64,000 bases of DNA, from NCBI GenBank assembly GCA_027317865.1, contig DAHVQG010000002.1, positions 160,001 through 224,000 of the forward strand. The letters are read 5' to 3'. Source of the DNA: Bdellovibrionales bacterium. GTDB taxonomy: Bacteria; Bdellovibrionota; Bdellovibrionia; Bdellovibrionales; UBA1609. Position numbers and translations under genes: made by a program. Shown here one piece after another: positions 56,218-64,000 of the stretch. Position 1 is the first letter of the stretch. Each line of letters opens with the position of its first letter. Below the pieces are notes generated by a model. That model worked only from the letters and a program-made list of their open reading frames with translations, did no database searches and was not told the origin of the DNA.

Positions 56218-58455
56218 ATGAACGTTCAAAAGCGGATTGAAGATTGGTATCTTGAAAACAGGCGCGATTTGCCGTGGCGCCGCGACCGCGATCCATATCA
56301 AATTTGGATATCTGAAACTATGCTCCAACAGACCACTGTTACGGCCGTTATTCCTTACTACGAGCGATTCTTAGAAAAATTCCCAACCCTTTATGATTTA
56401 GCAAATGCAAAAATTGAAGACGTTTTACGTTTGTGGGCGGGGCTAGGTTATTATTCACGTGCGCGAAATTTGCACGAAGCCGCAAAAATCTTGGCCAAGC
56501 AAAAAAGCTTTCCGCGTACCTATAGTGAGCTCATAAAATTACCGGGGTTCGGGCCGTATACCGCGCGTGCCGTTAGTAGTCTTGCCTTTTCTGAACCCGT
56601 GGGAGTTCTCGATGGTAATGTAATTCGCGTGTTAACGCGCCTCCATTCACTGCGATGGCAGTGGTGGCGGCCGCAAATGCGCTCGCAATTACAAAGATTG
56701 GTTGACCAATTCATCGCACCAGGCCCCGTAAACATCCTCAATCAAGCTTTAATGGAACTTGGATCGCAAGTCTGCACTTCGAAAAATCCAAAATGCCGTC
56801 AGTGTCCGCTAGCTAAGGATTGCCTGGCACAAAAAAACTCCTTGTGGGGTGTATTGCCTCTAAAAAAACCACGAAAAGCCGTTGAAATATGGCAATGGAC
56901 CGCAATGATCGAAATGCGTGACGGCCAAGTACGACTCACTAAAAACGAGGCGCCGTTTTTGCACGGCCACTGGCTTTTACCGGGGCTGGCTAAAAAGTTA
57001 AAAAAGGCGCCTAAAAATTTTGATTTCCGTCATCGAATTACCCATCACGACATCTATGCAACAGTTCAACAGTTGGCGCGCCCGGATCGGCAAAAGTCAC
57101 GCTCCCAAAAAGATAAGGCATCGCGCTGGGTTTCAATTCAAGATCTCGATGCCGTTTCCCCATATTCACTAATGAGAAAAGCTTGGATGAGCCAGGCAAA
57201 GTTAAACCGGATATCCGGCAAAGCTACCTTGCGCGTCGTTATGTTCGCTTGGTTTATAACTACGATTTTAACGGCGCTGTTACTCATGTTTGCAGGTTGC
57301 CAGTCGATTAAAGTTGCGCCGATTTCGGCGAAGCCTTCACGCCCCGCCGAAAAAGTCGGCACCTACACGTTACTTACTCAACAGGGTGTGAATCGCACCC
57401 CGCGATTGTCGCCGAACGGGAATCGACTGCTCTACGTGAGTTCAAAACGCCGATCGCACAGAAACCCCCAGTTATATGAACTCAACCTCAAAACCGGAGT
57501 CGAAAACCGGCTGACATTTCAAGATGGCGAAATTTTTGATGGTGTTTTTAATCGAACGGGTAGACGGATCATCTACTCAAGCAGCACTGATGAAATTAAA
57601 GAAAATCCAGTTTATTTGATCGAAGCCATCGATCAGTTCAACAATGGCGGAGAACCGTTGAGCCCCGAAGAAATTCAGTCCGATGATTTGGCTGACCCAA
57701 AAAATTTTTGGGGCGCTAAACTCCCACCGACGGACATATACGAATCTATGATCGATGGCAGCCACCTCCTTCGTTTTACGCGAACCGACTCGTTCGATGG
57801 CGAAATAAGCGCCAATCCCCAGTCGAATGAAATTGCGTTCGTCGCGTACCAAAATAATCGGCTTGTACTTTACCGAATGAATTTGAGAACCCGCCGAATA
57901 AATAAATTATCGCCGATTCCCTCTTCGATTGCGACGGTGCATTCGGCCGACGAATGGCCGCGGTTTAGCCCGGATGGGCGAAAGTTAGTATGGGTTCATG
58001 AAATCGGACCGAAAAAAACCGCGATTTGGATCGCCAATGCGGACGGTTCAGACTCGAGACGACTGATTGGCGGTAACGCCATTTACTGGACGCCGACATG
58101 GCTATCTAAAAACAATGAAATATTATTTTCTTCAAACCGCAGCGACCCTTCAATATTTGAACTCTACGTTGTGAAGACCGACGGCTCCTGTTTGCGGCAA
58201 ATTACGAGAAACTCGAAATTGCATAAGTTTTTTCGAATGTGGCAGGCTGAAATCGATCCGAAAGAAGAACACATTTATTTTACTTCTGATGTAAGCGGCA
58301 CAGACCAAATTTACAAATGGACTTTGAGCAAACGAATACAATCAATTATAAATCATCCGTGCCCGCCGGCCGCGTCACCTACAAAGGCTCCAACCGCTGC
58401 AGCTACCGCCGCTTGCACTCCACCAGCGTCATGTGTACCATCAAAGGCGAAATGA
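56218..58455 (+). CDS. mutY: A/G adenine glycosylase MutY in frame with a TolB/PD40-like lipoprotein
   Basis: RDLPWR, SETMLQQT, GLGYYSRARNL, DGNVIRV, CxxxxxxCxxCxxxxxC. Then internal lipobox FAGC (Cys 57298-57300) and PD40 repeats (SPNG, SPDG, FSSNR). Confidence 0.85.
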   Translation: MNVQKRIEDWYLENRRDLPWRRDRDPYQIWISETMLQQTTVTAVIPYYERFLEKFPTLYDLANAKIEDVLRLWAGLGYYSRARNLHEAAKILAKQKSFPRTYSELIKLPGFGPYTARAVSSLAFSEPVGVLDGNVIRVLTRLHSLRWQWWRPQMRSQLQRLVDQFIAPGPVNILNQALMELGSQVCTSKNPKCRQCPLAKDCLAQKNSLWGVLPLKKPRKAVEIWQWTAMIEMRDGQVRLTKNEAPFLHGHWLLPGLAKKLKKAPKNFDFRHRITHHDIYATVQQLARPDRQKSRSQKDKASRWVSIQDLDAVSPYSLMRKAWMSQAKLNRISGKATLRVVMFAWFITTILTALLLMFAGCQSIKVAPISAKPSRPAEKVGTYTLLTQQGVNRTPRLSPNGNRLLYVSSKRRSHRNPQLYELNLKTGVENRLTFQDGEIFDGVFNRTGRRIIYSSSTDEIKENPVYLIEAIDQFNNGGEPLSPEEIQSDDLADPKNFWGAKLPPTDIYESMIDGSHLLRFTRTDSFDGEISANPQSNEIAFVAYQNNRLVLYRMNLRTRRINKLSPIPSSIATVHSADEWPRFSPDGRKLVWVHEIGPKKTAIWIANADGSDSRRLIGGNAIYWTPTWLSKNNEILFSSNRSDPSIFELYVVKTDGSCLRQITRNSKLHKFFRMWQAEIDPKEEHIYFTSDVSGTDQIYKWTLSKRIQSIINHPCPPAASPTKAPTAAATAACTPPASCVPSKAK

Positions 58456-59006
58456 ATAACGGGTTGAAAAAACGGCTTCTTATTGGTTTAACTATTTTGA
58501 TTTCATTCTTAATGGCGCCAACAGTCTTTGCCGCCCCAATGCCGCTGACTTCGTCATCTATTTTTATTTCTGGTAAAAATGGCGTTTTTTATTCGCCGCT
58601 TGGTTTCAGCCTTAACGCTGCTAATACCGACTGGGATCTAACGCCAAAGCCAAAAAATAATCGTTTTATCAAAACGATTTATCGGTCACCTAATGACCCG
58701 GAAGCCTTGCTTACCGTACGCGCTGACAAAATTGCCCGACCGGTAAATGTCGTCCAATATGCGAAAAAATGGTTAAATGATTACCCGCGGTTTGGCTTTC
58801 AAGTTTTGCAAGCAAAGCGCGTGAAAGTCTCGGGTCAGCCCGCCTATCTGGTCGATCTCTTGAGCCATGAGAGCGGAAAGCAGCTCCGGCAAGTTTTGTT
58901 TGTCAAAGGCGATACTGCAATTACGCTTACGTGTCGCGATAGCATCAAACATTTCGGCCAGACGCTAAAATCTTGCGATAAAATCATTCGCACTTTTCAG
59001 TGGTAA
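58452..59006 (+). CDS. Secreted PsbP/DcrB-like hypothetical protein
   Basis: ATGA overlap; signal peptide; C-terminal DKIIRTFQW. Confidence 0.6.
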   Translation: MNNGLKKRLLIGLTILISFLMAPTVFAAPMPLTSSSIFISGKNGVFYSPLGFSLNAANTDWDLTPKPKNNRFIKTIYRSPNDPEALLTVRADKIARPVNVVQYAKKWLNDYPRFGFQVLQAKRVKVSGQPAYLVDLLSHESGKQLRQVLFVKGDTAITLTCRDSIKHFGQTLKSCDKIIRTFQW

Positions 59007-59022
59007 ATTGTCTTCATGGTTA

Positions 59023-60693
59023 TTACTTAAATATTCGTCGAAAAAAGCCTTTTACTTTTGCCACCATACCGTCGGGGTGGGCATTATTCGATTCAACTGC
59101 TGCCGTCATCGGAGCCGTGCGCGCTGCAAACGATGTGCGATGTTGATTCGCCGCAGACTCAGGTCTGACTTGAGCTTTTGAATGCGGACGATGGGTATAA
59201 CCCGTTTTTTGAAAATTGGATTTTGGCCGAGAGCGATGGCCCGCATTTTGAACCGCTTTCGGTCCGCCTTGTTGAGCCCCGCCTTTTTGTGTTCTTCGAC
59301 TTCGATCTTGGTAATTTCGATCCTGGCCGTTTCGATCCTGGCTTTTTCTATTTTGAAAATCCGCAGGTCGGCGACCGCGCGAAATACCATTTGGCCGTTG
59401 ATCACGAACGGGCTGCCAGGAACTTCGCTGATGCGTTGTCTCACTTATGAATGGTTTATATTCTTTAACAATATCCGAATCTTCAAGCCAAGCAATCGTC
59501 ACTTTATGACCCAAATAGCTTTCGATTCGTTGTAGAGCCTCGACGTCACGATCACTGACTAAACTGAATGCTCGCCCATTGGCACCGGCGCGACCGGTGC
59601 GGCCAATTCGATGCACATAATTTTCAGCATCATCGGGGAGTTCAAAATTGATGATCATGTCGACGCCACGGATATCGAGCCCGCGGGCCGCCAAATCAGT
59701 TGCAACTAAAACATTACGATCATTGCCTACATCTTTAAACATACCCATTATACGCGTGCGCTGTGCTTGCGAAATAAGGCTTGAAATGCCCAATGCAGGT
59801 ACACCGTTTGCAGTTAAAAACTTCGTCACCCGATCAATGTTATGTTTGAAATTGCTAAACACGATGACTTGCTTAGGTTGATATTTTTGAATCAATGACA
59901 AAAGAAATTGCGGCTTTTCGTTCTGCCCAATGTGAAAAATTGCGTCGTCAACGTTTTCCGCCTTAGCTTGATCGCGACTTACGTTCACTTCAACTGGGTT
60001 AGCTCCAAACTCATAAGCCGTGTTGAGAACATCAAAATTGAGTGTCGCGCTAAAAACCAGAAACTGCCGCTCTTTCGGAATCCGCCGCAAAATGTACTTC
60101 ATGTCGTCTTTAAAGCCCATGTCAAACATGCGATCGGCTTCGTCAAAAACAATGGCGCGAACCTGACTGAGATCAACTAAATGTTCTTTGTATAGATCAA
60201 TAAGCCGACCGGGCGTGGCCACAATAAACTCCACGGCTGATTTGAGCGCCGCTTTTTGAGCATCGTAACCTGTGCCACCGTAAATCGCCGACGCTCGTAG
60301 ACCCGCACGAGTGCCAAACAATTTAGCATTTTCGCAAACCTGCTCGGCCAGTTCGCGCGTCGGCACTAAAACCAAAATGAAGTTCGATTTTCGCCAATTC
60401 TTAAATATCGGGCGCGAGGTTTCTTCCTTAGTCGGCAGGCCTTCTTTTACCGGTGCTTCTACGACATCAGCGGTTGAAACATTTGCGGCGTCACGTGAGC
60501 GCAAAAGCCGGTCCATCAAAGGCAGTAAAAATGCGGCCGTCTTGCCGGTTCCGGTTTGAGCAAGGCCCGCGACATCATGGCCTTCTAAAATATGAGGAAT
60601 GGACGACTCTTGTATGGGGGTACATTCGACGAATTTCAATTCGTCAATCCCCGCCTGGATAGACGGGTGCAAATCCAAATCGCTAAAATTCAC
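59023..60693 (-). CDS. DEAD-box RNA helicase (RhlB/RhlE-like)
   Basis: AQTGTGKT, PTREL, DEAD, SAT, HRIGRTGRAG. Confidence 0.95.
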   Translation of the reverse strand: MNFSDLDLHPSIQAGIDELKFVECTPIQESSIPHILEGHDVAGLAQTGTGKTAAFLLPLMDRLLRSRDAANVSTADVVEAPVKEGLPTKEETSRPIFKNWRKSNFILVLVPTRELAEQVCENAKLFGTRAGLRASAIYGGTGYDAQKAALKSAVEFIVATPGRLIDLYKEHLVDLSQVRAIVFDEADRMFDMGFKDDMKYILRRIPKERQFLVFSATLNFDVLNTAYEFGANPVEVNVSRDQAKAENVDDAIFHIGQNEKPQFLLSLIQKYQPKQVIVFSNFKHNIDRVTKFLTANGVPALGISSLISQAQRTRIMGMFKDVGNDRNVLVATDLAARGLDIRGVDMIINFELPDDAENYVHRIGRTGRAGANGRAFSLVSDRDVEALQRIESYLGHKVTIAWLEDSDIVKEYKPFISETTHQRSSWQPVRDQRPNGISRGRRPADFQNRKSQDRNGQDRNYQDRSRRTQKGGAQQGGPKAVQNAGHRSRPKSNFQKTGYTHRPHSKAQVRPESAANQHRTSFAARTAPMTAAVESNNAHPDGMVAKVKGFFRRIFK

Positions 60694-60748
60694 TTTTCCC
60701 TTTCCAACCCAAAAATCAGATCGGTTCTATCGACTCTTGCGCCAAAAG

Positions 60749-61588
60749 TCAAAGTGACGCCAAGAATTCGTCTAAAACCGATATAAATCCTGAAGGATTA
60801 TCAAAATGCACCCAATGTCCAGCACTTGGCACCTCAACCCCACGAATATTGGGGTTATGCAATGCCAGTACTTTTTCAAATTCATCTTTCGGAAAGTCGC
60901 CAGAATGCTCTCCGCGAATAAATAGCGTTGGAATGGTTAAGTCACGAACAGCATCCCACCGAGGCTGAAAATGACCGAGGCGCAAACTGGATAAAATGGC
61001 ATCTTTTGAAAATCGCCAGCTTGCCGTACCGTCGGCACGCGATTCAATGTTGGTGTAAAAATACTGTGCCAAAATATGCGCACGCTGAACAGCATCTGGC
61101 CCTTTTGAATTTTCGGCTAAAACCCGTTCAAACTCGTTGTCGAAATATTGTTTCGCCGCAAATTTATTAGCAAAAGGTACAGGCACCATCTCGACCATGC
61201 GAATGGTCTTTTCCATCGCCGCAAAATTACCTTGTGGGCCTATATCTTCGATGACGAGCCCTTCAAGGCGTTGGGGATATTTTTGCGCAAAATGCAGAGC
61301 ATTTCGACCACCCATCGAATGGCCGATGAGCACGACTTTGTTCCAGTTGAGTTCATCCAAGATCATTTTAAGATCAAGCGAATAGTCTTCGGGAGCATAA
61401 CCCGATTTGGGCTTGAAACTCCAACCGTGCCCGCGTTGATCATAGGTAAGAATACGGTAAGTCTCTTGAAAGTGCGGTACGACTCGACGCCAGTTGGCAC
61501 CAGACCCCATAACTCCATGAAGAAAAACAAGCTTGCGCCCTTCTAGCGGGCCAGAAATTTCGTATTTGAAATTCTCCAGATAGCTCAA
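60749..61588 (-). CDS. Alpha/beta hydrolase (YbfF-like esterase)
   Basis: FLHG, DQRGHG, GHSMGG, AGHWVH. Confidence 0.9.
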   Translation of the reverse strand: MSYLENFKYEISGPLEGRKLVFLHGVMGSGANWRRVVPHFQETYRILTYDQRGHGWSFKPKSGYAPEDYSLDLKMILDELNWNKVVLIGHSMGGRNALHFAQKYPQRLEGLVIEDIGPQGNFAAMEKTIRMVEMVPVPFANKFAAKQYFDNEFERVLAENSKGPDAVQRAHILAQYFYTNIESRADGTASWRFSKDAILSSLRLGHFQPRWDAVRDLTIPTLFIRGEHSGDFPKDEFEKVLALHNPNIRGVEVPSAGHWVHFDNPSGFISVLDEFLASL

Positions 61589-61640
61589 GGACCTGTCCTC
61601 ATTTGACGCTCGCGTGAGTCGCGTTCATTATGCATGGGTG

Positions 61641-62933
61641 ATGCAAAAGACGCAAACTTCGTCGAAACCTCTTCGCTTGGATCACAAAGCCATCGACCCC
61701 GCCGCGCTTGCCATTGTCGATTCACTGCAATCCCGCGGGTTCACTGCCTATCTTGTTGGCGGCTGCGTGCGCGATTTACTGTTAGGTAAACGCCCAAAAG
61801 ACTTCGATATTGCCACAACTGCACTTCCGCAACAAATCCGCCGGGCTGTCCCCAACGCGTTTATTATCGGCAAACGATTTCGCTTGGTTCTCGTAAAGCG
61901 CGGAAATGTACAATACGAAGTGGCGACTTTTCGCCGCGATGCCCGGCCAAATGAAAACCTTGAAGAATTGCCTCCGGGCGACAACATTTTCGGCACTCCC
62001 CAAGAAGACGCCAAACGCCGCGACTTTACAATCAATGCGCTTTTTTACGACCCTCAATCTGAAGATTTGATTGACTACGCTGGGGGGCTAAAAGATCTCG
62101 ACGCCGGCATAGTTCGAATGATCGGCGACCCCAACGTGCGCCTTATAGAAGACCCGATTCGCATCCTGCGCGGCATTCGCCTTGCGCACATGATTCGTTT
62201 TCGTTTGGAATCAGGTCTTAAATCCTCGATGGGCAAAACCGCACCCGAACTCAAAAAAACCGCCTTACCAAGAAGGCGCGAAGAAATTCTGAAATTTTTA
62301 AGACTTGACGATCCCTCGCTGGCCTTTTTGACCGCCTACGATTTGGGCGTTCTCGCGTCTGTAAGCCCCACACTCGACAAATTTTTATCGCACGGTACTT
62401 ATGCCGAAACTTTCGTACAACATCTCTCCTCATTTCACGACCACGAACTGAGCACGCCGGTTGAACTTTTCGGCGGCATGATGTTGGCCTTTTTGCTCAC
62501 CGAAACAGGCGGCGAACTCGTTGGCCATTCGGGCGACGAATTCCGGGCTCGGGATATTCTCGAACACAAAACGCTACACCCGATGATGCAAACTGAACTT
62601 GGCATGTTTAAAAACGAACAAACCGTTTTTGCTAAAGCCGTGCAGCTTATGGCATTGCTAAAAAAACGCCGCGAATTTGAAAGACGCGGAGAACGTCGCC
62701 AAAAAGCGGTCGTTTTCAGCGAAGCCTTCCCGTTAGCGCTCAAGCTCGCGGAACATATTCACTGGCTTTCGCCAAGTGATCTGCATTTTTGGCGCGAAAT
62801 CGGCGCAAAGTCAGGACGAAGCCGACCGAAGCGACCGCGCAGAAGGCGCCGTCGTCATCCGCCAACGGCACCTGGCCCAGCTGCTCCAGCACCTGAAGGG
62901 GCGGAACACAAATCGTCAAAATCAACAGCATAG
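61641..62933 (+). CDS. pcnB: Poly(A) polymerase I
   Basis: LVGGCVRD, KDFD, IIGKRF signature, RRDFTIN, EDPIRILR, Arg-rich tail. Confidence 0.88.
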   Translation: MQKTQTSSKPLRLDHKAIDPAALAIVDSLQSRGFTAYLVGGCVRDLLLGKRPKDFDIATTALPQQIRRAVPNAFIIGKRFRLVLVKRGNVQYEVATFRRDARPNENLEELPPGDNIFGTPQEDAKRRDFTINALFYDPQSEDLIDYAGGLKDLDAGIVRMIGDPNVRLIEDPIRILRGIRLAHMIRFRLESGLKSSMGKTAPELKKTALPRRREEILKFLRLDDPSLAFLTAYDLGVLASVSPTLDKFLSHGTYAETFVQHLSSFHDHELSTPVELFGGMMLAFLLTETGGELVGHSGDEFRARDILEHKTLHPMMQTELGMFKNEQTVFAKAVQLMALLKKRREFERRGERRQKAVVFSEAFPLALKLAEHIHWLSPSDLHFWREIGAKSGRSRPKRPRRRRRRHPPTAPGPAAPAPEGAEHKSSKSTA

Positions 62934-63976
62934 CCTTGAAGTCTCGCGTTGTTTTCAATCGTCGTGAAAAATCTCTCCCGCGAATCGTCGTCCTGAAACT
63001 TCAGTCCAATTTTGCAGGCATTTAAAGCCGCATCATGAAATTCCGTCGGAGTTAGGTCGAAAGCTTGCAGATTCTCATAGACTTGCATTGTCCCGTCGAG
63101 GTCCGAGGACGAATTATCAAGCAAAGTCTTATCAAGCGCGTTTAGATAAGCACCACGCACATCCGCATCGCTATGAATCGTTGCCTTGCCAAACTGACTG
63201 AAAAACGCAACCTTGGCCGGCCCCTGAACGGACGCGTTTTCGTTAAATGTATCAATTAATTCTTGATCGCTCAGGTTTCGCTCGGCTAACAGTTTTGCCG
63301 CGTAAATTTGCACGTTATTTTGCGGTATACGAAGGGCTCTCATGACTTCTTCATTCGACGCCTGGGCGACCGAAAAACCATTTGCTTCCGCATCATAAGC
63401 GTAGTTAAGCGCCCGCCACAAAATAGTTTCTAGCGGATGCTGCCCGTCGATCCTATAATTTGAACCCAGATCTTTCACGCCACAGGCCTTAGGAGCAATT
63501 AAACAGTTCGTAACGCTATTAATGAGTACTCCGGACGCTTTAACATATTGCTGAATATCATTGTAATTATCCTCGCCGAATAGCGACGAAAAATCTTCAC
63601 CTTTACCAAGAATTCCAAGAAAATTAACCACATCCGGGCGCGTGGCAAGCGACGCCAACACGGGATGGTCTAGAAGCTCGGCCACATATGTATTTTGATC
63701 GGCAACCGCGCGCGCGACCGATGTTGATATTCCACTACCGCCTTTTGCTTGGTTTTCAATCGGCGCATTTTTTGTAACTGCCGGCTGAACATTGTTTTTT
63801 ACTAAATATTTTTTATTTGAATCATGGCGCGGCGTTAACGGCGCACCTGTATTTCTAACTGTTTCCCTTGCTTGAGCCGATCTTTTAATAATTTGCCAAC
63901 TTGAAGCTCCCACCCAAAGGCTCAGCCCTGTGATTACGATTAATAATGTAATTTCAATCAGCGTCAGGTTTTTCAT
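62855..63976 (-). CDS. Single-TM exported hypothetical protein
   Basis: N-terminal TM and long ORF; overlaps the pcnB 3' end. Confidence 0.7.
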   Translation of the reverse strand: MKNLTLIEITLLIVITGLSLWVGASSWQIIKRSAQARETVRNTGAPLTPRHDSNKKYLVKNNVQPAVTKNAPIENQAKGGSGISTSVARAVADQNTYVAELLDHPVLASLATRPDVVNFLGILGKGEDFSSLFGEDNYNDIQQYVKASGVLINSVTNCLIAPKACGVKDLGSNYRIDGQHPLETILWRALNYAYDAEANGFSVAQASNEEVMRALRIPQNNVQIYAAKLLAERNLSDQELIDTFNENASVQGPAKVAFFSQFGKATIHSDADVRGAYLNALDKTLLDNSSSDLDGTMQVYENLQAFDLTPTEFHDAALNACKIGLKFQDDDSRERFFTTIENNARLQGYAVDFDDLCSAPSGAGAAGPGAVGG

Positions 63977-64000
63977 CTTCAATCTCAATTCGCGCCCGCA

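Noticed and set aside
154-62967. Numerous short overlapping or antisense ORFs in the track (e.g. 2762-3268, 9172-9726, 38931-39383, 41787-42215)
   Set aside because: They are shadows of well-supported genes, with no SD or recognisable motifs.

Overview
A gene-dense chromosomal window that looks like a Bdellovibrionota (Bdellovibrio-like predatory) bacterium. This is inferred from the two short 276-aa flagellins, the FQNCG-type lipoprotein and the gene content; no database search was run. It holds housekeeping genes (rluB, smpB, rsmA, tsaD, cpoB/pal, ssb, coaD, rsmD, rsmE, prmA, recA, recX, alaS, speB, mutY, a DEAD-box helicase, pcnB). It also holds a large minus-strand flagellar region: flgFGAHI-flgJMNKL-csrA-fliW, two flagellins, flaG-fliD-fliS, and a sigma54-preceded TPR / Maf-like / two-GT9 cluster. 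I found no mobile elements, CRISPR arrays, rRNA or tRNA. The most interesting signal is non-coding. The 261-bp flgI-flgJ gap folds on the minus strand into a multi-hairpin RNA with a 17-position closing stem, a U7 tail and GGA motifs in hairpin loops. It is a candidate CsrA-sequestering (Csr/Rsm-like) RNA inside a csrA-fliW flagellar operon. Matching CsrA-type hairpins sit in the leaders of flgK, csrA, flgJ and a FlgT_C-like gene. Other notable items are complementarity between the UTRs of the two flagellins, an SD-sequestering structured ssb leader, clear sigma28 and sigma54 promoters, and an in-frame MutY/TolB-like lipoprotein fusion. All RNA structures were paired by hand and need computational and experimental confirmation.
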